From an uncultured Leptospirales bacterium (GTDB lineage: Bacteria; Spirochaetota; UBA4802; UBA5550): DNA of 64,000 nt. The stretch lies in assembly GCA_964529415.1 (NCBI GenBank), contig CAZGWD010000002.1, forward strand, positions 30,089 through 94,088, given 5' to 3'. This document shows positions 40,376-51,348 of the stretch, piece after piece; the stretch's first letter is position 1; the number at the start of each line of letters is the position of its first letter. The notes beneath the pieces are model-generated. The model did not search any database. It saw only the letters and a list, made by a program, of their open reading frames with translations, and was not told the origin of the DNA. A program made the position numbers and the translations under genes.

Positions 40376-41557
40376 TTATTCTATGCTTCTTCTGAGGAAT
40401 GTTGGAATTTCAAGGTCGCCATTGTCGAATTCTCTTGATCTTTTCATTTCCTTTTCAATATTAAACACGCCGCCGTTTTTTCTTACCTGAGGCTTTTCAT
40501 TGCTTCCGTCAATTAAAGTAAGCGCAGGACCTATCTTTCTGTCATAATCATTGGCGTGGCCGAGAACCGCGTTCATTCCATTTTTGGAAAGCATGTTTTT
40601 CTTTTTATCAAATCCTGTTGCAATAACCGTAACACGCACTCTTTCATCAAGAGCAGAATCAATGGTTGTACCGAAAATAATATTTGCATCCGGATCAACC
40701 TGCCTTGTTATTAAATCCGTAACCTCGTTAACTTCGTGAAGGGAAAGATCATTGCCGCCTGCGATATTTATCAGAACCGCTTTTGCGCCTTCAATGCTTG
40801 TATCTTCAAGAAGCGGGCTGTTGATTGCCATCTGTGTTGCTTCAAGCGCCTTGTTTTCACCAACTCCGATCCCAACACCCATTAGCGCATCGCCTGTTTC
40901 CTTCATTACGGTTTTCACATCCGCAAAGTCAACATTCACAAGGCCGGTAACCATAATGAGATCAGCTATACCCTGAACGCCCTGACGGAGGATGTCATCT
41001 GCAAGCTTGAACGCGTCTTCAATTGGAGTTTTTCTGTCGATAATTTTAAGTAGCAGATCATTTGGAATTGTAATGAGAGTGTCTACTTTGGTTTTCAGAT
41101 TTACTATACCCTCTTCTGCGCGGGACATTCTTTTTTTACCTTCGGTTCTGAATGGTTTGGTTACTACTCCAACCACGAGAGCGGACTGTTCTTTTGCTAT
41201 CTCGGCAACAACAGGCGCTGCACCTGTTCCTGTTCCGCCTCCCATGCCTGCAGTAATGAAAACCATATCAGCACCCTTGAGAGCTTTCTGGATTTTATCC
41301 CTGTCCTCATTTGCAGCTTCACGCCCCACATCAGGGTTCGCGCCTGCACCGAGTCCGCGCGTCAGCTTGCCTCCGAGCTGAATCTTCACAGGAGCGAGGC
41401 TGTCGCGAAGCTGCTGCGCGTCTGTATTGGCTACAATGAATTCAACGCCCTCCATGCCTGTAGCGATCATTCTGTTTACTGCATTGCAGCCTGCTCCACC
41501 GACTCCGATAACCTTGATAATCGTGCTGAGCGGCCTTTCTTCCTCTAATTTAAACAT
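40376..41557 (-). CDS. ftsZ: Cell division GTPase FtsZ
   Basis: Tubulin signature GGGTGTG; NAVNRM; C-terminal conserved peptide. Confidence 0.95.
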   Translation of the reverse strand: MFKLEEERPLSTIIKVIGVGGAGCNAVNRMIATGMEGVEFIVANTDAQQLRDSLAPVKIQLGGKLTRGLGAGANPDVGREAANEDRDKIQKALKGADMVFITAGMGGGTGTGAAPVVAEIAKEQSALVVGVVTKPFRTEGKKRMSRAEEGIVNLKTKVDTLITIPNDLLLKIIDRKTPIEDAFKLADDILRQGVQGIADLIMVTGLVNVDFADVKTVMKETGDALMGVGIGVGENKALEATQMAINSPLLEDTSIEGAKAVLINIAGGNDLSLHEVNEVTDLITRQVDPDANIIFGTTIDSALDERVRVTVIATGFDKKKNMLSKNGMNAVLGHANDYDRKIGPALTLIDGSNEKPQVRKNGGVFNIEKEMKRSREFDNGDLEIPTFLRRSIE

Positions 41558-41603
41558 CGTCCTCCCCCCTTACTTTATTATGTCTCATTAGAAATTATAA
41601 GAT

Positions 41604-42827
41604 TTAAAGATATTCCTCAAACCACTTCTTAACCTTGTCAAAAACGCCGGCCTTTTCCATTTCAAATCTCGGCCTGTTTCTGAACTTGCTCATCTTGATT
41701 CCATATTTTAAAAGCCCCACGCCATTTGCAAACTGAGGTGTGCCCACTACATCCTTTAATCCCACTATATCTCTCGGACTGCCTATGCGGACAGGTATAT
41801 TCATTACTCTTTCTGCTGCTTCAACGCATCCATCAAGCATGCTGCCGCCGCCAGTCAAGACCACTCCGGCAGAAAGCATATCCTTCTTGCCGCTCCTGAT
41901 AAGCTCGTTGTCAACCATCTCCATGATCTCAGTCATACGAGGGCCGATAATCTGTGTCAGTTCCTGGCGGAAAAGCCTTCTCGGTGCGCGTCCGCCAACT
42001 GACGGAACCTCAACCATTTCAGTTGCATCAACAAGGTCAAGTGCTGCGCATCCGCTTTTTTTCTTTATCATTTCAGCTGATTCAAAAGGTGTCCGGAGTC
42101 CGATAGAAATGTCGTTTGTTACGTGAATCCCGCCTACGGACAATACGGAAGAATAAGCAACACCGCCTTCAAGGAATACGATAATATCTGTAGTGCCGCC
42201 GCCTATGTCAACAAGAGCTACTCCAAGCTCCCTTTCATCAGTGCTGAGTACAGCTTCAGCAGTTGCAAGAGGATTGAATACTATATCCTGGTACTGGAAA
42301 CCGGCCTTGTCCACTGCCTTCATCATGTTCTGGAGGCTTGTTACAGCTCCTGTGATTATATGCACTTCAGCCTCAAGCCTTACTCCGCTCATGCCAACAG
42401 GATCCTTGATTCCCTGCTGATCGTCTACAGTGAATTCCTTGGAGAGGACGTGAAGAATTTCCCTGTCAACCGGAATGAGGATTGCCTGGGCCTGCTCAAT
42501 TACTCTTTTTACTTCAACATGGCTGATTGTTCTGTTACGGTTTGTGATTGCTACAACGCCTTTTGAATTTTCGCCCTTGATCTGCTGGCCGCTGATGCCC
42601 ACGTAAACCCCTGCAACCTCGTGTCCAGCCATAAGTTCCGCATCTTCAATTGCTTTTTCGATAGATGATGACGTGTTATCAATATTAACGATAACTCCGC
42701 TTTTCATTCCCCTGGATGGAGAAGTTCCAACACCAACAATTTCCACCTGCTTGTTTTCGTTTTCAAAACCGATTACAGCGCAGGTTTTAGTGGTTCCAAC
42801 ATCCAGGCCGACTATCATCTCTTCCAT
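41604..42827 (-). CDS. ftsA: Cell division protein FtsA
   Basis: Actin-like ATPase (VGLDVGTTKTCAVIG...DIGGGTTDI); C-terminal amphipathic helix. Confidence 0.9.
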   Translation of the reverse strand: MEEMIVGLDVGTTKTCAVIGFENENKQVEIVGVGTSPSRGMKSGVIVNIDNTSSSIEKAIEDAELMAGHEVAGVYVGISGQQIKGENSKGVVAITNRNRTISHVEVKRVIEQAQAILIPVDREILHVLSKEFTVDDQQGIKDPVGMSGVRLEAEVHIITGAVTSLQNMMKAVDKAGFQYQDIVFNPLATAEAVLSTDERELGVALVDIGGGTTDIIVFLEGGVAYSSVLSVGGIHVTNDISIGLRTPFESAEMIKKKSGCAALDLVDATEMVEVPSVGGRAPRRLFRQELTQIIGPRMTEIMEMVDNELIRSGKKDMLSAGVVLTGGGSMLDGCVEAAERVMNIPVRIGSPRDIVGLKDVVGTPQFANGVGLLKYGIKMSKFRNRPRFEMEKAGVFDKVKKWFEEYL

Positions 42828-42834
42828 AGTTCCG

Positions 42835-43533
42835 TTACCTTATAACCACTGCATCAGTCCTGAGATCAACCATTTCAGGATTGCGTTTGATTCTGTCCAT
42901 GTACCCTGCAGTAAATTTCAATTTGATAAAATTCATATACCCGCTGTTTATTTTAAAAAGTGTTCTTCTGCCTTTTAGAACAACATTCAGGCTTCCGTCG
43001 CTGTTAATTTTTATTTCGTCAAGATCGCCATAAATCGGATCGTTCTTTTTTAACTGCTCAAGCATCCGGTTTATATTTTTCACCCTGATAGAAAGAGTTC
43101 CCCCTGCTGCATCCTTCTCGTCAATTATCACAAGAGGAAATCCGGCTGAATAAACCCTTCCGGCTGATATCGGTCTGAAATTCAAATCTGTTTCAAACGG
43201 TATCAGTCTGCCTCCCCTGGATATTGCCAGGAGCATAACCGGTTTTTTTTCCTTAATTTCAACGATCAAACGTTCATTTGATTCACTGACATTAAAACTT
43301 TCTATGTAAGGTTCTTCTGCTAATACCCTGTTTAATGAATCCATGCTGACTGAAATGATACCGTTTTCCGATTTCACCTTTGTTCTTCCGAACAGTTCAT
43401 ATTTCGAAAGATACTCAAGTCCGCGGAATTCAATTGCTCTAACCTTGCGTATATTATCAGCACCGATCGCAATGTCAAGACATATTATGTCTACAAGGAA
43501 AAAGATTATTAATTTTATTAATTTTTTTTCCAT
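42835..43533 (-). CDS. ftsQ: Cell division protein FtsQ/DivIB-like (POTRA)
   Basis: N-terminal TM followed by POTRA-like beta-rich domains, in the ftsQ position of the dcw cluster. Confidence 0.6.
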   Translation of the reverse strand: MEKKLIKLIIFFLVDIICLDIAIGADNIRKVRAIEFRGLEYLSKYELFGRTKVKSENGIISVSMDSLNRVLAEEPYIESFNVSESNERLIVEIKEKKPVMLLAISRGGRLIPFETDLNFRPISAGRVYSAGFPLVIIDEKDAAGGTLSIRVKNINRMLEQLKKNDPIYGDLDEIKINSDGSLNVVLKGRRTLFKINSGYMNFIKLKFTAGYMDRIKRNPEMVDLRTDAVVIR

Positions 43534-43539
43534 TTCAAT

Positions 43540-43690
43540 TAATCTTTATTAATAAAAATTAATTTTTATTAATAAATTTCTCCCTTTGATTGCCCCCTGC
43601 CCCCCATAGGGGGCACGTGATAAACAATTATTGCTAATGCAATCTAATATTATTTCTCACAAACGCCCCCTCTGGGGGACGGGGGGGAAA
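43540..43690. repeat. Intergenic element inside the dcw cluster: a tandem 19-bp repeat containing the palindrome TTATTAATAA, plus two GC-rich hairpin modules
   Basis: AATTAATCTTTATTAATAAA / AATTAATTTTTATTAATAAA, then CCCCCC-ATA-GGGGG and CCCCC-TCT-GGGGG-ACGGGGGGG within otherwise AT-rich DNA. Confidence 0.6.
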
Positions 43691-43696
43691 ATCATT

Positions 43697-45064
43697 TTAT
43701 CTTCCAAGTTCATCTAAAATTTTTCTGCCGGCTTTATAAATATCACCTGCACCGAGAGTCAGGATCAGGTCTCCGCTTTTTGCCTTTGCAAGAACCCTTG
43801 CAGGTATATCTTCAAACCTGCTGATTATCTCAACGCTGCGCCCCTCGTGCTTCATTATTGAATCCTGAATCAGTTTTGAGGAAACACCCTCTATTGGTTT
43901 TTCACCTGCAGGATAAATTTCCGCCAGAAAAAGCTCATCAGCATTTGAAAAGCTCTGGCCGAAATCATCCCAGAGAAGCCCGGTTCTTGAATACCTGTGA
44001 GGCTGAAAAATCACAAGCACGCGCCTGCCGATTTTTTTTATCGCTTTAAGAGTTGCGCGCACCTCTGTAGGATGATGCCCGTAATCATCATATACCGCAA
44101 TTCCTCCGCCTTCTCCTATTTTTTCAATTCTTCTGCCGACTCCGCTGAATGACGCAAGTCCGCACCTGATTGCCTCATACTCAAGTCCAAGATCAACTGC
44201 AACTGCTATAACAGCAAGCGCGTTCAGAACATTATGCCTGCCAAGAAGATTTATTTCAAAAACACCGATTTTTGAATTTTTAAAATACGCGGTGAATTTT
44301 GTTTTTGCTTCAGAAAACTCTACGCAGTCCGCCCTGAAATCTGAATCATCAGAGAAACCGTAGGTAAAATACGGCCTTTCCACAAGAGGCAGAAGTTCTC
44401 TGATAATATTATCATCAATGCATAAAGCGGAAAAACCGTAAAAAGGAATATTATTTATATATTTCAGGAATGCATCTTTCAGCCCCTCAAAATATTTGTA
44501 ATGGTCAAGGTGGTCAGCGTCAATGTTTGTAACCACGCCGATTGTCGGAAAAAGATTCAGAAAAGTTCCATCGGACTCATCAGCCTCAAAAACAATATAA
44601 TCCCCTTCGCCAGTTCTCGCATTGGATTCAAAATTAAAAACCTTGCCCCCGATAACAGCAGTGGGATTCATGCCGCAGTGATAAAGAACATACGCCATAA
44701 TTGAAGAGGTTGTGGTTTTCCCGTGAGTGCCTGCAACTCCGATTCCGTGCTTTAGGCGCACAAGTTCTGCAAGCATCTCCGAGCGGTGAATTATCGGTAT
44801 GCCTCTTTTCCTTGCTTCAATAATTTCCGGATTATTCAGATCAATGGCGCTCGATGTGACCACAACATTGTAATCCTGGATGTTCGAAACATAATGACCA
44901 ATGTAAATCCTCGCACCCAGCTTCTCAAGCATACGCGTCTGCTCAGATTCATGAAGATCCGAGCCTGAAACTTCATAACCCATATCAATCAGGATTCCTG
45001 CAATACCGCTCATCCCTATTCCGCCTATTCCAATAAAATGCATTTTTTTTGATTTTCTGAACAA
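43697..45064 (-). CDS. murC: UDP-N-acetylmuramate--L-alanine ligase
   Basis: HFIGIGGIGMSGIA; GTHGKTTT. Confidence 0.9.
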   Translation of the reverse strand: MFRKSKKMHFIGIGGIGMSGIAGILIDMGYEVSGSDLHESEQTRMLEKLGARIYIGHYVSNIQDYNVVVTSSAIDLNNPEIIEARKRGIPIIHRSEMLAELVRLKHGIGVAGTHGKTTTSSIMAYVLYHCGMNPTAVIGGKVFNFESNARTGEGDYIVFEADESDGTFLNLFPTIGVVTNIDADHLDHYKYFEGLKDAFLKYINNIPFYGFSALCIDDNIIRELLPLVERPYFTYGFSDDSDFRADCVEFSEAKTKFTAYFKNSKIGVFEINLLGRHNVLNALAVIAVAVDLGLEYEAIRCGLASFSGVGRRIEKIGEGGGIAVYDDYGHHPTEVRATLKAIKKIGRRVLVIFQPHRYSRTGLLWDDFGQSFSNADELFLAEIYPAGEKPIEGVSSKLIQDSIMKHEGRSVEIISRFEDIPARVLAKAKSGDLILTLGAGDIYKAGRKILDELGR

Positions 45065-45201
45065 GATTATTTCTCCATATAAAGCGCGATGCGCAATTTT
45101 ATTTATTTCTTAACGAATTTAAGGCCGGTTTCAAAAACTAAAGTTTTTTCCACAGCGCCTTAGTGCATTTAAGGGAAAAACCTGCATTTTTCATCTAAAA
45201 T

Positions 45202-46326
45202 TTATGATAAATGCTGGTTTTTATTACCGCCCTTAATAATATTCGACACTATAACTTCAGCAGCATCTTTTTTTGATATATTAAATGCCTTGTCGGACAT
45301 TTTCTTCAGCAGTCTGTCATTTCCGAGAATTGAAAAAAGCGTCTTAACAAGATTTTCCTCAAAAGACTCATCTTCCATAATTTTAACTGCAGCTCCGGCA
45401 GATACAAAAGCGTCGGCATTTTTATTCTGATGATCGAGTGCTGCAAAAGGATATGGAATAAGAATGGATGGAATGCCGAATGTAGCAAGCTCCATCATTA
45501 CACCTGCACCGGCCCTGCTAACAGCAATATCCGCAGCCTTATAGCTCAAGCCTACATTTTCAATGTACGGAGAAAGATAAACTGATCCTGCATCAGCGCC
45601 CTCCTGAAGTATTGACTTGAATTTTTCATAGGAATAGGCTCCTGCACTCCATATAATTCCGATTCCATCAAACTGATCCTGATGCTTTTTCTTTATATTA
45701 AAAATTGTTTCATTCAGCTTCATGGATCCCTGGCTTCCGCCAATTACAAGTATTACTTTTTTCGCGTGACTCATGTGAAAAGCTTTTTTGGCATCCGCTT
45801 TTTTATCTGATGTCAAAACGCTTGTTCTGATAGGATTTCCTGCGCACATCAGCTTGCCTGGAAATTTCAAATAGGGTCTTGATTCCTCGAAGGTTCCATA
45901 CACAGCATCAGCGTATTTTTCGAACATTGAAGTCACCCTGCCCGGGATTACATTCTGTTCGCAGAGATATATGGAAATTTTTTTAAATTTTGCAGCAAGC
46001 AGTGCAGGAGCAGAAACATATCCTCCCATGCCGATTACAGCACTCACATTATTCTTCTTTATAATTCTTACAGCAGTGAATACTGCTGCAAAAAAACTTA
46101 TTACAAAAAACGGCAGCTTAAATATATTTCGCGTAATCGAAGGAGCGCCATATAGAAATAAATCCGCATCATCAATTTCCTTAAACAGGGAAAACTTTTT
46201 ATCTTTTTTCCCGGAAAGATAAAGCGCCTGAACATTCTGCCTTTTGAATTCCCTGTAAATTGCAATTCCAGGGCTGATGTGCCCCCCTGTTCCTCCGCCG
46301 ACAATTAAAACTTTTCCTGTTATCAC
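45202..46326 (-). CDS. murG: Undecaprenyl-PP-MurNAc-pentapeptide GlcNAc transferase
   Basis: GGGTGGHISPGIA; GT28 fold. Confidence 0.9.
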   Translation of the reverse strand: MITGKVLIVGGGTGGHISPGIAIYREFKRQNVQALYLSGKKDKKFSLFKEIDDADLFLYGAPSITRNIFKLPFFVISFFAAVFTAVRIIKKNNVSAVIGMGGYVSAPALLAAKFKKISIYLCEQNVIPGRVTSMFEKYADAVYGTFEESRPYLKFPGKLMCAGNPIRTSVLTSDKKADAKKAFHMSHAKKVILVIGGSQGSMKLNETIFNIKKKHQDQFDGIGIIWSAGAYSYEKFKSILQEGADAGSVYLSPYIENVGLSYKAADIAVSRAGAGVMMELATFGIPSILIPYPFAALDHQNKNADAFVSAGAAVKIMEDESFEENLVKTLFSILGNDRLLKKMSDKAFNISKKDAAEVIVSNIIKGGNKNQHLS

Positions 46327-47478
46327 TTATATACCCTCTTTTCCGTATTTAAATCCATCCAGCGCCGCTTCCCTGTAACGGGAAATGTTCAGAAGAATTC
46401 CGCACGCAATCATGCTGCAGAGCAATGATGATCCTCCGTAGCTTATAAATGGAAGAGGAATTCCCGTAGTAGGCAGACTTCCGCTGACTACTGCAATATT
46501 GATAAAAGCCTGAACTGTAATCATGAGGCTGAGCCCGATAGCAAGCAGCCTTCCGAAATCATCCGGAGCTCCGATTGCAATTATAAATCCTCTCCAAAGA
46601 AATGATCCGTATATAAAAATTAAAAAAATAGTTCCAATAAAACCCGTCTCTTCTGCAATTACAGCAAAAATAAAGTCTGTATGAGGCTCAGGAAGCCTTA
46701 CTATTTTCTGGGTGCCTGAACCGAGCCCTGTACCGAAAAATCCGCCTTTTTTAAATGCAATGAAAGACTGTATAATATGATAGCCTATTCCGAATCTGTC
46801 CTTCCAAGGATCAACATACGCAAGTATTCTTTCCCATCTGTAAGTCACCTGATATACAAGGAGATAAAAAGCCGGAACGCTGATCATAAACAGCGTGAGC
46901 AGATAAAAAAACGGGAAGCCGGATACAAACAGAATAAAAACCGAAACGAAAAGAAGATCAATACCTGTCCCGAAATCCGGCTGCAGCATTATAAGAATAA
47001 AAATCAACGCAATGATCAGCATGGGTATGAGCAGCTGAACAACGTGATTGCCTCGTGTCTCTGATGAAAAAACTTTAACAAGATAAATAACCATAAATAG
47101 CTTAACAAACTCTGAAGGCTGCATTGTAAAAGGTCCGAGAGCGATCCATCTTGTTGAGCCTTTAACGCTGTGGCCCACGCCTGGAATCAGAACTATAACG
47201 AGAAGAATAACAGACAGAAGTATCATAAGCTTGGTATGCCTGAGATATATCCTGTAATCTATCTCCTGAAAAATAATCATTGCAGCAAGGCCTATCACAA
47301 ACCAGATCAGCTGCCTCTTTAAAAAATAAAAAGAATCTCCGAATACTTTCAGTGCGTATACTGCGCTCGCACTGTAGCTCATTGCGATTCCTGTACCGAT
47401 TAAAACGAAAATTATAATGAACAGATAAAGATCCGGCTCGCCCTTTCTCCTGGTATCAATGAGGGATTTCATGTCCAT
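46327..47478 (-). CDS. ftsW: SEDS-family peptidoglycan polymerase FtsW
   Basis: 10-TM SEDS protein in the ftsW position of the dcw cluster. Confidence 0.85.
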   Translation of the reverse strand: MDMKSLIDTRRKGEPDLYLFIIIFVLIGTGIAMSYSASAVYALKVFGDSFYFLKRQLIWFVIGLAAMIIFQEIDYRIYLRHTKLMILLSVILLVIVLIPGVGHSVKGSTRWIALGPFTMQPSEFVKLFMVIYLVKVFSSETRGNHVVQLLIPMLIIALIFILIMLQPDFGTGIDLLFVSVFILFVSGFPFFYLLTLFMISVPAFYLLVYQVTYRWERILAYVDPWKDRFGIGYHIIQSFIAFKKGGFFGTGLGSGTQKIVRLPEPHTDFIFAVIAEETGFIGTIFLIFIYGSFLWRGFIIAIGAPDDFGRLLAIGLSLMITVQAFINIAVVSGSLPTTGIPLPFISYGGSSLLCSMIACGILLNISRYREAALDGFKYGKEGI

Positions 47479-48857
47479 AAAAGTTTACCGCTTTTCAGAT
47501 TCCCGTATGATTCCTTGAAAGCGCGTCCGCGCTCCTCGAAATTTTTAAACATGTCAAATGACGCGCACGCAGGTGACAGAAGAATTGAATCTCCTTTCTC
47601 GCTGATCTTCATGGACAAAACAACTGCTTCATCAAGACTCTTTGCATCAGCAGGCTTAAACTCGCTGAATATTTTTGAAAAATCATCCGTGGATTCCCCG
47701 ATTAAAACAAGTCCTTTCACCTTTTCCTTCATTAAAGGAATAAGCCTGCTGTAGTCATCACCCTTTGTAACTCCGCCTAAAATGAGAATGCCTTTGCTTT
47801 TTAGGCTCTTCAAAGCCATCTGAACAGCGCCTACAGTCGTAGCCTTTGAATCATTGATAAAAATTCTGCCTTCAAACTCGCCCACCTTTTCAACCCTGTG
47901 CTCAAGTCCTTTAAACGAGTAACATGCATCTGCTATTTTTTCAAAATCCGCTGCAATGCCCTTTTTATTCAGAATTGAATTCACCATTAAAACAGCAGCC
48001 ATTATATTCTGGATATTATGAAGCCCGAAAATGTTCAACCGCGATGTATCTATAACTTTAAATGCAGAGCCTTTGTGATTCATAAAAACAAAACCGTTTT
48101 CATAATAAGCATCAGCATTTTTATCTTTCAGAGAAAAACCGAGAGCTTGTGAATTTACTCTTTTAAAATTCGCATTGAGCGTATCATCATCAGCATTATA
48201 TATGAAGTAATCATCTGCAGTCTGATTCATGGTTATCCTGAACTTAGCCTCGAAGTATTCGTTCATATCCGCATACCTGTCAAGGTGATCAGGGGTTACA
48301 TTCAGGAACGAACACACATCCGGACGGAACGCATCAATCGTTTCAAGCTGATACGATGAAAGCTCAACAACAGAAACTGTTTCTTCACTGGTTTTGCCCA
48401 CAAGTGAAACAAGAGGTATTCCAATATTACCGCCTACAATAGAATCAATTCCGATTTTCTCTAAAATATGACCTGTGAGTACTGTTGTTGTTGACTTGCC
48501 GTCTGTTCCTGTAATAGCAATTATCTTTCCCTGCATATTTTCATAAGCAAGTTCGATTTCAGCAATAACACGTATTCCCTTTTTAACAGCTTCTTTTATG
48601 AGAGGTATGGACTTTGGAACACCCGGGCTTAAAACAATAAGATCGAATCCGGCATCAAGAATTTCCGGGTTCTGGTTTCCGAGAATGAGCTTAACATTTT
48701 TATTAAGCTTAGCGATAGTATCAGCCAGCTCTTCTTTGCTTTTTGAATCTGAAACAGAAACGTCCTTTCCCCTTTCAGAGAGAAAATTTGCAGCAGCAAG
48801 CCCTGACCTGTACCCGAGGCCCACGATTAAAATTCTCTCCTGTTTTTTTACTGTCAT
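47469..48857 (-). CDS. murD: UDP-N-acetylmuramoylalanine--D-glutamate ligase
   Basis: Rossmann N-domain; GTDGKSTTT. Confidence 0.9.
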   Translation of the reverse strand: MTVKKQERILIVGLGYRSGLAAANFLSERGKDVSVSDSKSKEELADTIAKLNKNVKLILGNQNPEILDAGFDLIVLSPGVPKSIPLIKEAVKKGIRVIAEIELAYENMQGKIIAITGTDGKSTTTVLTGHILEKIGIDSIVGGNIGIPLVSLVGKTSEETVSVVELSSYQLETIDAFRPDVCSFLNVTPDHLDRYADMNEYFEAKFRITMNQTADDYFIYNADDDTLNANFKRVNSQALGFSLKDKNADAYYENGFVFMNHKGSAFKVIDTSRLNIFGLHNIQNIMAAVLMVNSILNKKGIAADFEKIADACYSFKGLEHRVEKVGEFEGRIFINDSKATTVGAVQMALKSLKSKGILILGGVTKGDDYSRLIPLMKEKVKGLVLIGESTDDFSKIFSEFKPADAKSLDEAVVLSMKISEKGDSILLSPACASFDMFKNFEERGRAFKESYGNLKSGKLLWT

Positions 48858-48880
48858 TTAAAACCCGGTATTAAAATAAA

Positions 48881-49966
48881 TTAAAGTATTTTAAGGGAAC
48901 TCAGCCCCAGTATCGCAAGAACAATACCCACAATCCACATCCTCACTACAACCTTCTGTTCCGGCCAGCCAGAAAGCTCAAAGTGGTGGTGAATTGGAGC
49001 CATTTTAAAAACCCGCTTGCCCCTGAGCTTGAAAGACGCAACCTGTATTATTACAGAAGCAACCTCGATTACGAATATACCGCCCACTACAAACAGAAAA
49101 ATTTCTTTTTTTATCATTAATGCAACAGTGCCCAGAATTCCGCCAAGCGCGAGAGAGCCGGTGTCTCCCATAAACACTGATGCAGGATTGCTGTTAAACC
49201 AGAGAAATCCGAGACACGCGCCCGATAGCGCTGCCATAAAAACAGTAAGCTCTGCAGCGTGAGGTATATACGGAATGCGGAGATACGCAGCTAAATTTTT
49301 ATGGCCTGTAAGATATGTCATTATAGCAAGTGTAATTGCAACAAAAAGAACATTGCCAACAGCAAGACCGTCAAGTCCGTCTGTGAGATTAACTGCATTT
49401 GAAAATCCTATTATATACACTATGGAAAAAACTACCCAGAGCCAGCCCATATCAATAATCGCTTCATTTATAAATGGAACAAAAAGATTGGTTGAATGCA
49501 GGCTGTTCGATGGAAATATATATATAACAGCTGATACGAGGAAAGCTGTAAAAAACTGAACCATAAGTTTGGTTCTCGCTTTAAGGCCTGCTTTTTTCTT
49601 TTTAACTGTTTTGATGTAATCATCAGCAAAGCCGAGCCCTGTGAGTATAAGCGCGGCTGCTATCAGAAGAACAAGATAATGATTGGTAAAATTCCCCCAT
49701 AAAGCTGTTGATATAACCACAGATCCTATTATTAATATGCCTCCCATTGTCGGGGTACCGGCTTTTGATTTATGGCTTTCCGGACCGAGCTCCCTGATCT
49801 CCTCCCTGAGTTTCAGATACTTGAGCCACTTTATTAAAATGGTTCCGAAAATCAGGACTATCAGCAGAGCTGTAAGAGCCGCATATGCTGATCTGAAAGT
49901 GATATACCGGAAAAGATTCAGATAGGAAACGTATTCCTTTAAAGGAAGTATAAAATGATAAAACAT
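48881..49966 (-). CDS. mraY: Phospho-N-acetylmuramoyl-pentapeptide transferase
   Basis: 10 TM helices; DD..D and HHH motifs. Confidence 0.9.
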   Translation of the reverse strand: MFYHFILPLKEYVSYLNLFRYITFRSAYAALTALLIVLIFGTILIKWLKYLKLREEIRELGPESHKSKAGTPTMGGILIIGSVVISTALWGNFTNHYLVLLIAAALILTGLGFADDYIKTVKKKKAGLKARTKLMVQFFTAFLVSAVIYIFPSNSLHSTNLFVPFINEAIIDMGWLWVVFSIVYIIGFSNAVNLTDGLDGLAVGNVLFVAITLAIMTYLTGHKNLAAYLRIPYIPHAAELTVFMAALSGACLGFLWFNSNPASVFMGDTGSLALGGILGTVALMIKKEIFLFVVGGIFVIEVASVIIQVASFKLRGKRVFKMAPIHHHFELSGWPEQKVVVRMWIVGIVLAILGLSSLKIL

Positions 49967-51348
49967 TATAAAACCCCGGTTATATTTTTAACAACATCTT
50001 CCATTTTCATGGATCTCGAACCTTTTACTAAAACTACATCATCTTCTACAAGTATATTTTTCAGGTATGCCGAGAGCTCATCCTTGTCAAAAAAGATCCT
50101 GACTGAATCGCTTTTCATTCCGGAGCTTATGGCCCCGTCGAGATATTTCTCAGCCATATTTCCGTAAAGAAAAAGCAGATCAAACCCGCAAAAAGCCACT
50201 TCCCTGCCGATCTCAATGTGACACTCATCCGCAGCTTCTCCAAGTTCTTTCATGTCGGATAGAACAGCGATTTTTCTTTTCCCCGGATAAACTTCCTTGA
50301 TTGACCTGAGAGCATATCTTGAAGAAAGAGGATTGGAATTATATGAATCATCAATAATTATATATCCTTTATTAATTATCTGGCTTCTCCCTCCGATATT
50401 AACAAAATTCTTCAGCTGCCTGGCTGCAGTCTCCATTTCTATACCGTATAAACCAGCTACAGCAATGCCGGCCATAATATTATACAGGTTATGCATTCCG
50501 TAAGCCGGCACTTCAAAATTGACTCCGGAATATTTTAATTTTATATTTTCCGCAGAAAGGGAATACTCCTCAGGATAGATATCAGCTTCATCAGTAATCC
50601 CGTAAGATACAGCCCTGAGACCGCGGGCTGCTGCAGTATCCCTGAAGATCTGATAATGCTGCGTGTCTCTATTTATAAATACAGCAGTTCCCTCCCTCAT
50701 GCCGTCCATAATTTCAGCTTTTGCGCGTGCTACATTTTCCACATTTCCAAGAAATTCGAGATGCCCCTCGCCTGCACCTGTAATTACAGAAATCTCCGGC
50801 ATAACCATTTTAGACAACCGGCTGATCTCGCCCGGGTGATTCATTCCCATTTCTATCACGGCAAATTCATGTTCCGCGCGGAGATTCATCAGTGTAAAAG
50901 GAACGCCGATTTCATTGTTATAGTTTTTTTCGCTTCTGAGCGTTTTGTGTTCAGCGCTTAATATCTGATAAATAATTTCTTTTGTAGTAGTTTTCCCGTT
51001 AGTTCCTGTTACTCCGATCACATTCGCATGAACCAGACTCCTTGCATAATTCCCTATTGCACCAAGAGCTGCAAGAGTATCTCCGCACCTGATGCACGCT
51101 GCGTTTCCTTTATCTTCAATATCTTTCATTGAAAGATACGCGCTTATTTTTCCTTCTGATGAAAGAGCTGAAATAAAATCATGACCGTCAAATTTTTCGC
51201 CTGCCAGAGCCACAAACAATGAATCGTTCCTGATCTCACGCGAATCGCTTGTTATTACTTTAATAACAGCAGATGGATTTCCTTTCTCAAGTTTTCCGCC
51301 TGTAATTTCCGCGATCTTTCCGGCTGTTGTTTCAAATTCTGCTATCAC
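49966..51348 (-). CDS. murF: UDP-MurNAc-tripeptide--D-Ala-D-Ala ligase
   Basis: GVTGTNGKTTTKE. Confidence 0.9.
   Translation of the reverse strand: MIAEFETTAGKIAEITGGKLEKGNPSAVIKVITSDSREIRNDSLFVALAGEKFDGHDFISALSSEGKISAYLSMKDIEDKGNAACIRCGDTLAALGAIGNYARSLVHANVIGVTGTNGKTTTKEIIYQILSAEHKTLRSEKNYNNEIGVPFTLMNLRAEHEFAVIEMGMNHPGEISRLSKMVMPEISVITGAGEGHLEFLGNVENVARAKAEIMDGMREGTAVFINRDTQHYQIFRDTAAARGLRAVSYGITDEADIYPEEYSLSAENIKLKYSGVNFEVPAYGMHNLYNIMAGIAVAGLYGIEMETAARQLKNFVNIGGRSQIINKGYIIIDDSYNSNPLSSRYALRSIKEVYPGKRKIAVLSDMKELGEAADECHIEIGREVAFCGFDLLFLYGNMAEKYLDGAISSGMKSDSVRIFFDKDELSAYLKNILVEDDVVLVKGSRSMKMEDVVKNITGVL

Noticed and set aside
40551-41381. Plus-strand ORFs with P/S/A/T-rich translations inside ftsZ
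   Set aside because: They are antisense to the highly conserved ftsZ gene. The compositional bias follows from Gly/Ala-rich sense codons.
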